NCBI GenBank assembly: GCA_051294375.1
Contig: JBJCIZ010000470.1
Location: forward strand, 1-43,806
Direction: 5' to 3'
Origin: Paraspadella gotoi
Taxonomy: Eukaryota > Animalia > Chaetognatha
Length of the DNA: 43,806 nt
Of the stretch, positions 33,801 to 43,806 are shown piece by piece (positions within the stretch are counted from its first letter, which is position 1; each line of letters begins with the position of its first letter). The position numbers and the translations under genes were made by a program. The notes beneath the pieces were generated by a model. That model made no database searches. It saw only the letters and a list, made by a program, of their open reading frames with translations, and was not told the origin of the DNA.

Positions 33801-36800
33801 GTGCTGTTCCCCAGTGACCAGGTTCAGTGTCTAATTCAACTCCTTCTTTTAATTGGTCACCCATCGGCGATGTACATCCTGTCGTCATTTTCTGCTTCGA
33901 TGATCCATCTCGTCCTGTTAAAGTTTTCCAATAAGCCTTGTTGGAGGTCAGTCTAGTTTTTCCATCTTGATCCTTTTCGGCATGTATTGGTAAGGTGATT
34001 TGCTCATCGACGTTTCCCCGCCCAACCATCTCGCCTGCTTTTAAAGCTTCGTGTTTGTTTCCAAAGAGGTGCGTGATGGTTTGTTGTCCATTGAGGCGAC
34101 CTGGAGATCTTGTCTCTGATCGGATGGTTGGACTACCCAGAGTTGGTTGGGTGGGCCTGGTTTGTAATAGCAGTTCCAATTATTATGTCTTGGTCATTTT
34201 CGTCGGCCGAGACATAAAAGACAGTTCGTAGTACCCAGCATTGAAACATCACCCTCAGGTTTATTCTTTCAGTCAGGGTGATCGTTCCAGTGGCCGTTGA
34301 TAAACGTAATGGTGATCCTTGGTAAACGTGACATGACAAACCCCATTTTTCGACGAATTTCCTGGGTAACCGTGTTGATGGAGGCGCCTGTGTCATATAA
34401 GCAACTAGCGGTGCACCTGCGATTACCGCTGGAATGTAACTGTTCTTGCCGTGTGGTAAGCAAGATTAGTATCGTCTCTGGGCTTTGGTCCAGGTCCTCC
34501 CTGTGTCGGATTGACAATCTCTTCGGGCAGGACGGGCATGTCCATTTCATCCCTGCAAATTTCTTGTTTTGCTTTTGGGGGATAGAAGGTTTCTGGTTGA
34601 TGGCATTCAATTTCGATTCGCCTGATCGTCGCCTGATGGAGAGATTCTCCAGTTTGTTCGCCGGCTAATTATGCAATAAGTAGGATTGTTTTTGCTGCCG
34701 GCTGGTCTTAATTTTCTTAGTCCCAATTCCACTACGTTTTGTTGGGTTTGGTCTATTCTGTTTTGGGCGAGGGTGAGGATAAACATTAGGAAGGACATCA
34801 AGTGACTGATTGACTGGTCGAGTTGACTGGTCGAGTGACTGATTGCCTGGTTTAGTCGACTCGTTGAGTGATTGATTGAGTGACCCGTCGGGTTGATAAG
34901 TCGAGTTGATTTATCGAGTTCTTTGGTCGAACTGATCTGCCGGTTTGTTGATTGGTTGATTGGTCGACTCGTGGTTGATTGATTTGCTGATCAGTGGCGT
35001 TACGTCTAGCCCTCCTCATTAGTTGGCACAAGCTTTCGATCTCGAAATGAGGCTCTTTTCCCGGCCTCATCTGTGTGAGGCCACTCTTTCCATCCCATCT
35101 GTGGAGAAACTTGTTGGCGAGGGCGAGTTCGTCAGCGTTGAGAGGTCTAAGTAATTTGTGCATCCGTGATGCTGTTGACTTACCTCTCAGCCTATTCGCT
35201 GTTTCAGCCAATTCTTTCACCTTATTGGCGAGGCAAGCTTTAACGTTTTTTGTGCTGATCGACATTACTTTTTCTCCGAGCTTTTTGTAAGAGTCTTTTA
35301 ATTGCTCTTTTGCTTCTTCGACTTTTTCTACTTTTCTGGTTTTATTTGTAACACGTCGTAATAGAATTCATTTTATTATCATCAAGATCAAACGCAGAAT
35401 CAATATCAATGTCTCGAGTTAAGTCTATGATGTCCCTTCTTCTTCCAAAGCCTTGGCTTTTTCTCTCTTCCTCTCTTCACGCCAGTTTTGCTTCTTGTCA
35501 CTTTTCCAAATCGCGACTTTTTGCGAATCTTTTTTCCTGGTCCCTGTTGGGGCTGCGCCGTTCTCGTCGTTCAAAACGATCATCTTGACGATCAAATTGG
35601 CGTCCGGGTCTCCCGAGTTCCTTCTTAATCTCCTTCATCATCTCGCTCATGTTGTTTATCTCTTGCAACATTGAGCCTTGGTAGAAGGAAGTCGCGCTGG
35701 CATTTTGATCTTTGTCGGTCTGGCCTTTTTGCACTAAGGCATTGACCAATTTTTCCTTGTCGTCCTCCGATACTGTTTTGACGACTTTCCTGACGGCAAC
35801 GTCGGTGGTTTTCTTGAGGTAGCCTCTTAGCTTGTACTCAATTGCTTTTCCAAGGCGGCGGGTTTGGCCTTCCTCAAGTAACGTCGTCCATTCAAGAGTC
35901 TCTGACGTAATCCGGGTACATAAGGTTCGAGGGCTTCGACGAGCATTTGCGCTACGTAATCAGGGATGGAAGCCCTATCCTTTTCCCTTACGGCCTCGAA
36001 ATTTTCTCTGGCGGCATTGACGAGCGCCAATCCGTATTTGGCGTGAACGTGCGGATCTACTTCGATCTTTGCTTCCGCAAGGGCTTCAGCGATGCTCACA
36101 GTGGAGCCTTCGCAGAGTGCTCTCAGTCCTAGCCACATAGATTGGTTTATGGCTCGACGTAACGACTAGCGACTTTGTCTCTGGCGAGGAGAGCGCGTAG
36201 CTGTTGGTCGACTTTATCCGGCGTTGGTGAGTCCTTAAACGCTTCATAGAAGCTGCGGAAAAGTCGGCAGGGGATTCGTCAGATCTCCTCTTCTCGAGCT
36301 TGATTGGTTGCTCGGATGGGGTGTAAGAGGGCGGGTCGCTCCTCCCGCTTTCTGACGGCGTTTCGTCTCTGGAGCTTTGACAAGGTTTCACTGACGGTTG
36401 TCTTAAAAAGTTTTCGCGAGGTTGATCCGGACGAGCGGCTTCGCGGAGATCAGGGTATAATCCTGAGGGTGAGGCTTGGGCGCGAGACAAGCCCATGAGC
36501 CTCTCGTTGACTTCCGGTGATTATTGTTGCTGACTTGGGTCATCATTTGCTGCATCATTCCGCGGAGGTCGTCGATCTTTGTTTCCAAGGTTTGCTTCGC
36601 AGTCTGACGCGATTTTTTAAGATGGCAATCTCTTGCTTGTTTTGTTGATTGACGTCGTTGATCACTTTGAGTACCTGGCGGGTGACCTCCGCCTGGTCGT
36701 TGCCCAATTGGCAGTGTTCCTGCAGGTAACCGTTGAGTTCAAACGTGTAGAACTCGTGGTCTGCTGCGGTGCTGCTACCGTCTTGTCCCAGCGCGGCGCC

Positions 36801-38040
36801 CGTGGGTTGGCGTCGCGGACCCCTTTTTCCATCCCACTTAGCGCGTGGGATTGTTGGGGGGGTGGGAGTGTCCATTTTCTTTAAGGGTGGCGTGGTCTTT
36901 GGTGGGGGTAAGGCGAGTTCCTCTTCGTGGAGACGTGGTGTGTCGAATCCACTCCTGTCACCACAAATTTAGTAAGTAGACAGGGATTTCTGAGCGAAAC
37001 CAAAGTGGATTTTATTTCTTCGAAAATAAACGATAAACAAGACGGTGTCAATTTTCAAGGCAGAGTGAATCAATACAGAATTCGCGTTCCCTTTTATACA
37101 GCCCAAACGGATCGGAGGTAAGGGTAAAATTTCCCGACCATTTGTTCATTGGCCGGGGCCATTTGTCTTTCAACCAATGAGAATGTTCCATTGTATTTCC
37201 GATCCGATCCGTTGATCCGATCCGTTGATCCGATCCGTTGATCCGATTCGATTCTTGAGTCTTGATTCCTCTGCGATGCTATTAAAAAAATTGAAAATTT
37301 TTAAAAAATTTTAAACTTTATATAGTAATTAAATAATTTAAATGCTTCCGTGCGCTAATTAATAGATAAATTTTAAAAATATTTTCATTTTCATTAACTC
37401 TCTAACAGTCACTTAACCATTATTTATTTGAGAGAACTTCTAGTTTATATTAAGGAATGAATAATAGATGTATTACTGAATTTAAAAAAAACCAAAAAAA
37501 AAACATTTAACGCATAGTTGCTTTTAACCCTCTCTCCAGGATTCTGCAAGCCGAAGTCAACAAAATCATGGAGGCTGCGGAAAAAAACCTCCCAGACTTC
37601 GCCACGGTAAAGGCATTGACGCTAGATTTGTTTATTTTCTTTTTGCCCATTAATTTATAGAAATTTTTTAAAAAAATTTTCAGCGATTCGTTATGCCAAT
37701 GGTGCGCATAGCGAAAACGAACTATGGGATGGATATCTCATACCAGGGAGATATCAAAGTCAAGACCTCGGACACAGCGATACCAGCTGGGTACTTCGTG
37801 CAAATCCGTCGGCTGAAAAGACAAGGCGACACATGGGCGTATGAGCCGCCGTCAGTTCCGGCAGCCGGCCTCCGACTGGGAGCTAAAGCTTTTGGACAAA
37901 TTTACAAACGTCTCTTTCTCTCTCACGAGGAGGGAAGAGAGACGTTTGGAGACGGAACAAGGATCCCAATAACGGTGAGATTGCGCAAAAAGTTGAAACA
38001 CAATAATTTTTCTTTACACGTTTAAGCGCCGTAACCAATC

Positions 38041-38082
<42 letters not shown>

Positions 38083-39083
38083 GCGCTGTCCGTTTTACTG
38101 ATAGATTAGCATTAAATGTAGTTTCGACATCGTTTTGTTCTTAGTTGAGAAATAATTCGCTTTAACATCCTCAAGGAGCCTAAAGCTGCGATTAATCAAT
38201 ATTATTTATTATTATCTCTCTCTCTCTCTTTCATTCTTTCTGCGCTCTTTTAATTTTCTCAAACATTAATTTTCTACAGATTATTTCTGCCGGAAGGGGA
38301 TCTCTGGATGACGAGGAAGACGAGTGGGAAAGTTGCGTCCCACAAGCAACTAAAGTCGAACAACAAAAATGCAGATTTGATGTAAATCTGCATCAATCTC
38401 TGCTGGCCGAGGTTCTAAAGGACCACAAGACACTCTGCAACGAGGGATCTTGCCGCGCCTGCAAGATAAACGAGAAAAGAATAGAGAACTTTGACAGGTG
38501 AATTAACAAATAAATGAAAAGAAGAATTTTACATAATTTAATCAAATGAATCATTATGCATACTTTAAGACAAAAAATTAAGATAACAGCTTACTATGAA
38601 TTAATCTACCGTTCATCATTTCGTTTCGTTTTTTTCTTTTTTTAGGGACAATCGCGGGAAAGCTCTGAGAGAGGCCTACTCAATCCCTGTCGTCGAAACG
38701 CTTCTCGGGCTGGGGTGGATCAAGTCTAGAGGTAATTTGCCACACAAACGATTTAATCGGACAGCTTAGCGTAACTTGCTTGAATCTTCAATAAAGCTTA
38801 CAACCTCCTAATTTTCTTTTTTTTTTCCCTTCCTCCTGTACTATTTTCAGACGGTTTTCCAATCACTGACTCTCACGATGCCACGCCCTCAACGTCGACC
38901 GCCGCCAATGAACACTCTGGGAAAAGTCTCGCCGAATCTCTGGCGCGTCGGAAGCGCAACAGGGAAATGCGTGAGGCTAATTTAGCCCTGTTCAAGACTC
39001 CCGCGACGCCAAAAAGGTCGAAATCTGAGGATACAGAGTCTGACGAACTCGATGAATCGATGATAGAAACTCAGAAATATTAA
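27890..39083 (+). CDS. 393-aa protein, putative tandem PC4-like ssDNA-binding domains plus His/Cys cluster, 7 exons, intron 2 carries the LTR element
   Basis: Exons 27890-27953, 28233-28455, 37540-37606, 37684-37974, 38280-38497, 38646-38731, 38851-39083 join in frame (1182 nt). The phase-2 junction matches across the 9-kb intron. YFVQIRR...GLRLGAKAFGQI resembles PC4 VDIRE...GISL...W..L. Gene model is solid and the PC4 label is tentative. Confidence 0.65.
28887..29212 (-). repeat. 3' LTR
   Basis: Near-identical to 36971-37280 (GAGCGAAACC...AAGTGGATTTT...GATCCGATCCGTT repeats...GATTCCTCTGCG). Confidence 0.9.
29213..29224 (-). other. Polypurine tract
   Basis: Minus strand GAGGAGGGGGGG directly before the 3' LTR. 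Confidence 0.8.
30100..35371 (-). pseudogene. pol: Gypsy pol (protease, RT, RNase H, integrase), many frameshifts, boundaries approximate
   Basis: Aspartic protease CLYDTGASIN (~34370-34400). RT FYVDDLIL with a 1-nt insertion (~32865-32890). Integrase-like LSID (~30645) and SN-RAER (~30345-30370) remnants. RNase H inferred from position only. Confidence 0.75.
35420..36875 (-). pseudogene. gag: Gypsy gag-like ORF, frameshifted
   Basis: Series of overlapping minus-strand ORF fragments starting at ATG 36875, just after the PBS. Assigned by position. Confidence 0.6.
36922..36963 (-). other. Primer-binding site complementary to tRNA-Leu 3' end
   Basis: Plus strand ...GGAGACGTGGTGTGTCGAATCCACTCCTGTCACCA resembles the tRNA-Leu(CAG) 3' arm GGAGGCGTGGGTTCGAATCCCACTCCTGACACCA, CCA included. 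Confidence 0.75.
36971..37280 (-). repeat. 5' LTR
   Basis: Direct repeat of 28887-29212, followed on the minus strand by the TGG-starting PBS. Confidence 0.9.
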
Positions 39084-39184
39084 TCAGACGTTTTACCCAA
39101 GAAAAACCAAGTTATATTACGATTCGTTTTGACCTTTTTTATAAAAATTACTCGTTATAAGTCCATTATTAAATTCTCTTTTCA

Positions 39185-39223
<39 letters not shown>

Positions 39224-39977
39224 AACTTTAAAGTTTGTGCGGACTTTTTTATTATAAAATAATAAATATTTCTATACTCTCTTAAACTATGGACGCCATT
39301 ATTTCACTTATTCTTTAACAGAGTGTCAACTAAATATCAATTAAAAGTTTCTTTGCCTTATCATTTTTGTTTTCATTTGGCTTACATTCAAGCCCATGTT
39401 TCATTTACCACTCATAATTACTTGTCAATACTCAAACAATTTATTCTTTTGCGGTTGCTATTAATCTCGTTCATATATTCCTAATAAACGCTTATTACTT
39501 TTATAGTTTTAATTTTTCTTACAAAAGTGTTTAGCAATAAAAAAGATATGAAAAGAACTGACCCAATTACAATACAATTGGATTTTGAATGAATCATACT
39601 TTACTCAATTTTTATCTCATCAGCAAGCTGTCTACAAATAAGTCAAGAAAGGTTTTGCTTATCTAGATTTTTTCTTTAAAAGTTAAGGCAAGGATATTAA
39701 CGATCTCTTTTTTTTATTTTGTCTTTTTTTCTGACAAAAAATCGAGCAGAGAATGTAATGAAACAATAACAATTTCAAAAATAGCAAAATCACGAATTTT
39801 TCACCTTTAAAGTAGCGGAAAAGACAGAAATTTTGTTTCTACAATGATTTGTTTTTATATTCAGGACACGTTTCGACTTTGTTTACAAGTCTTTATCAGC
39901 ATTTATCGGTTTAACATAGTTTGAAAAATTTGTGCAAAACCTGTCCTCACCTATCTCACCACTATGTTGAAACCTTA

Positions 39978-40014
<37 letters not shown>

Positions 40015-40203
40015 ACTCTTCTTTGCACGAATTTTTAAAACTATGTCAAAACTTATAATTGCCGATGAAGACTTGTAAACAAACTCGAAACATGTCTGGA
40101 ATATAAAAACAAATTGTTGTAGAAACAAATTTTTCGTCCTTTCCGTTAATAAATTCACACAACGAAACGAAAGAAAATAAAATAAAGTATAAATAAGCAG
40201 CAA

Positions 40204-42150
40204 TTACGGACTATAGCGCTGCGGCGGTTTCACTTTCCGCCGAGGACGAGCAGGCAGAGAAGGCGAAGGACCGACGGAATTGTCAAGCCGTTCGACGTAC
40301 GTGTTCTCGAGGGTCGATCTGTCAACCGCCTCGCCAGCTCCCTCGTTGAGCTGACTAATTCCGACAGCCGGCAGAGCGCCCTTAGGTGATGAAGCTGCGT
40401 CGTCACGACGACCAGCTCCGGATTTCGGAACGCAAGACGAGCGAAAATCTAAAATATATATATATATAAACAAAGTATTAATAAATAGTTTTAAGTTTCA
40501 ATTGTTCTATACCTTGTTAAAGAAAAGTCTTTACTTTTATCAAAAATAAAATAATAACTTTATAAAAATCTTTAACTTTGATAAATTATTCTTTTAAGAA
40601 GATGAAAGTTTTTATTATAAATTATTTAAAATCAGCCGCAAAAAGACCAGACTGGAATGTCTCACCTGCGTTAGAATCACACCAAAGAGAAGGAACAACT
40701 TCCTTAACACGCGTTTCATCGATTGCTGTTTCTTGGGCGAAGCGAGCTGCATCAGCGGCTGTTTGCGCCGATGCAGCCGCAGATGAAGCCGCCGCGTCCC
40801 CAACAGCTGCCGAAGTCGCCGCACGTTTTGCCGCGTTTGCAGCGCGAGACGCAAAAATTTTAGCCTCGACAACATGGCGCGCCCACTCCACATCTCGCTC
40901 ACTTTGATCTATTTTATTAAAAATTATTTTAAACTATTGAAATACATTAAAACAAATGTAAAATTCTACCTTGATTCACTGCAACGGAGCGCGTAGCAAG
41001 ACTCAATGAAGACCCGGTGAGAGGATCCTCCACGTTTGGACCCACCATCGCATCCCGTCCAGAGCCGGCCTCGGAGATATTCGAGGAAACTACTCCACCC
41101 CGGCGAGAATCTTTGAATCAAATATATGCATATGAAGTATTTGAATAAAAAAAATCAGGCCAGTTTTCTCTTTTAAACCTGGTTCAATCTTGACCATAGG
41201 AAAAGGAAGCGTGACCTGCCCACGAGAATATCTCACAGTATCTGTCATTGAAAAAAAAATATTTAGTTGTTTTCTTTATTCTTTCATACGACTATTGCGT
41301 TTATATTAATTTTCAATCACCTGGAAAATGACGACGACGACGACAACGACGCAATAGAGGGATTGTTCTCTGCCATCGTCCGCAGCGCCAAGCCGCCATG
41401 CAAACGATCTTTAAATAGACAAGCGTTCAGTTTAATTTATGAAATTGTTAGCTTGGTCACTACATCAAACTAAGTCCACAAGTCTAGATCCAAAGCTTCT
41501 CCCCCCCCCCCACCTCCAATCCCCCATAAATCTCACGCTAGTGACAGTTTTAGTCTTTAAGCTTTAACAAATGTATAATGAAAACAAGACGCTCTGACCT
41601 GGATCGAATCCTACAAACTCACCAAAATTAATGCTAAAAGCGTAAAAGCCATTCCAGCAAGACCGGGCGTGTTGGAAGCGTGTTCTGCCGATGCAGATGT
41701 CGCAGTAGACGATGGGATTGACGAAGTCGATGTCGTCGACGAAATCAGCTCAGTTGACGTCGAAGCCGATGCAGATGTCATCGGAGACCACAAAAATGGG
41801 ATTGACGAAGTCGATGGCGTTGACGAAATCAGTTCAGTCGACGTCGCAGGAAGGCTTGCAGGAGTGGTTTCCAAGCCCAAAAGCGATCGCATACAAACTA
41901 ATCAAATCAATTTTGAACATTAATTATTACTAATGGCACACAATACCGTTTCCTTATTACTTATTTAATATTAAAATATTTCTATAGTTAACAAAATAAT
42001 ATATAACTAATAGTAAAATTGCCTCACTTATAGCCTATATAATGAAATTTAAAAAAAATTACCATCACTCATTTCTTTTCGATTACATAATCTAAAGGCT
42101 GCCATAGTGTTATGCCCACAACGTTTCCCGATTTCAATGCAACGATCCAT
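40204..42150 (-). CDS. 380-aa single-pass membrane protein with N-terminal 4-Cys domain and mucin-like stalk (paralog 2), 7 exons
   Basis: Exons 42150-42063, 41897-41623, 41408-41321, 41241-41179, 41110-40970, 40908-40666, 40448-40204 (1143 nt, open). MDRCIEIGKRCGHNTMAAFRLCNRKEMSDVC, duplicated STELISST.STSSIP stalk, TM LAGMAFTLLALILIVCMAAW, Arg cluster, Ala-rich tail, ends RPRRKVKPPQRYSP. Confidence 0.7.
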
Positions 42151-42941
42151 TTCAAAACAATGCAAAAAAAGATGAAAATAACGAAGACGGAGACAATAGA
42201 CGAAAAGATGACGAATCAACGTAAAAAATTTCGCGGCTAACGACTTTTTTTTGAAATTTGCAACTCTAACTCAAGAGAAAAATTGAACGATCTCATTGGA
42301 CTAGCTGATCGCAATTTCTTAGAAATCTGAGAATAGCCTATCATTGGTCAGTTTTGTCACAGACCCATGGTCGCCGTTGTCGACAAAGTAACTTTGCTTC
42401 CTTCTAATTTGAAAATAAAGTAGCAATGGCAAATTCACACGGTTAATCCTTAGGTTTGATTTTTATTGTTTTTTAATTTAAATTCAGAACAAACATTTAT
42501 GAACAGAAAGAAAATATTACCAATTTTTTTTAAAAATATGAACGTACTAAATACAGTCTACTTGATAACTAACTAACTCCTAACCTTTATTTTAACTTTT
42601 ATTTATTTATTTATTTGCTTATTTATTCCCGGTTAGGAATAAATAAACCAAATCTTCTAATGAAAAACTTTTGAAAGCTCATTTCTCTTAGCGCTTAGAG
42701 CAAAAGTTTGGAAAAGAAAATGACCAAAAAAAAATTCTCAACGAATTGAGGACTCCGAATCTTTTGAACTTTTTCTTCTGAATCCTGCCATAGTTTTTCC
42801 TTCCAAGGATTTTTTTTTCGCCACTCGAGGCTCGAGATTTTCGAGATCGATTTTCGAGCCGACGAAAGGCAAAAATCGAAAAAATCGAGAAGCTACGAAA
42901 ACCGAAAAAAGATCGAGAAAAACTCGAACTAAAAGGAGGCG

Positions 42942-43217
42942 TTATTCGCGCAGGGCGGGGACCCAGCGGTGCCGAGCTTGGGGTAGGGGCGATTGTCTGT
43001 TAGTGGGGCGGAGGGGCGGTGCAGGGCGACGGAGTATGCGGGGGCGGGCGCGACGGGGGACTCGGGCTGGGACAGGAGTCTGGAACTGTGCCTCGCGTCT
43101 AACGGCGTCGAGTGGATAGCTATTAGGCGCGTTCAGTGATGGAGGGCCTAAGAAGTGTACTACGGGTTCGGCCATAGGCGGGTGGGGTCTCACGCGCAGG
43201 CGGATGTGGCTGGGCAT
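42942..43217 (-). CDS. Hypothetical 91-aa Pro/Arg-rich protein
   Basis: ATG-to-TAA ORF coinciding with an isolated GC-rich block in AT-rich DNA. No motif recognised. Confidence 0.3.
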   Translation of the reverse strand: MPSHIRLRVRPHPPMAEPVVHFLGPPSLNAPNSYPLDAVRREAQFQTPVPARVPRRARPRILRRPAPPLRPTNRQSPLPQARHRWVPALRE

Positions 43218-43806
43218 TCTGCGGAATTGCCGTGCCTGTTGACAGCAAGCCTTAGATCAGTTGGCTAGTAGGGGGCCATGAGCGGGTGTTGGATAACTAA
43301 AAAAGTACCCTCTTTTCGTGAATCCTTGTAACTACTTACGAATTCTGATTTGAACATTCTAGAAACACGCTAACCCTCGGTCAAACCAACTTGACCTTTA
43401 CCAGAAACTTTCCCTCGAATCATTTTCCCCAACCTATTTATGGTCAAAACGTTGAGCCTTTATGGTCAAACGTTGAACCTTGTAAATACCCATTGTAAAT
43501 AGATCTCTAGCATCTAGAGCATTTTGAGCTGTATGGTTTATAACGTTGTTGAAGAAAAACATTCTACTCTGAAACTTGTTGCGTCCACACGTGGTGAGCC
43601 TCGACGTGAAAATATAAAAAAGAAAACAAAACGAAACAAAAAACAAAACAAAAAAAGACCAAAAAAGGACAAACTACTTCCAACAAAAGGGTCGAACAAA
43701 CCCGCGCTGCAATTTTGTTGCCGGAACAAATTGTTGTTATTCAAACGATTTTTTTTTAATTAAGTTTTTTAATTAAACCGTTTTTTTAGGCCAAAACTCT
43801 TTTTTT

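Larger units (their letters stand above)
28887..37280 (-). mobile_element. Ty3/Gypsy LTR retrotransposon, about 8.4 kb, heavily frameshifted
   Basis: Two ~310-320 bp direct repeats, PBS next to the right LTR, PPT next to the left LTR, domain order gag, PR, RT, (RH), INT on the minus strand. Confidence 0.9.

Noticed and set aside
36922-36963. tRNA-Leu gene
   Set aside because: Only the 3' part with encoded CCA is present, adjacent to the LTR, so it is a primer-binding site.
30329-36972. Plus-strand ORFs within the retrotransposon, and antisense ORFs over Maverick genes (e.g. 8590, 13273, 20003)
   Set aside because: Shadow frames opposite motif-bearing coding sequence.

Overview
AT-rich eukaryotic DNA with many (GA)n/(TA)n tracts and a 10-N scaffold gap at 17958-17967. 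Most of the window is a very divergent Maverick/Polinton-type endogenous DNA virus whose genes are split by about 40 spliceosomal introns, so the ORF track shows only fragments. By joining GT(GC)-AG junctions by hand I rebuilt open, motif-complete genes. Minus strand: adenain-type protease, double-jelly-roll major capsid protein (7 exons), penton/minor capsid protein, RVE integrase (4 exons), packaging ATPase (4 exons), two small basic core-like proteins and two unknown proteins. Plus strand: a Zn-finger protein, a protein-primed DNA polymerase B (about 12 exons) and a putative PC4-like protein (7 exons). A frameshifted Ty3/Gypsy LTR retrotransposon (about 28887-37280) sits in intron 2 of the PC4-like gene. 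Two paralogous genes for a 4-Cys-domain single-pass membrane protein lie at the two ends of the window. No Maverick terminal inverted repeats were found. All gene models are manual predictions without RNA evidence or database searches.
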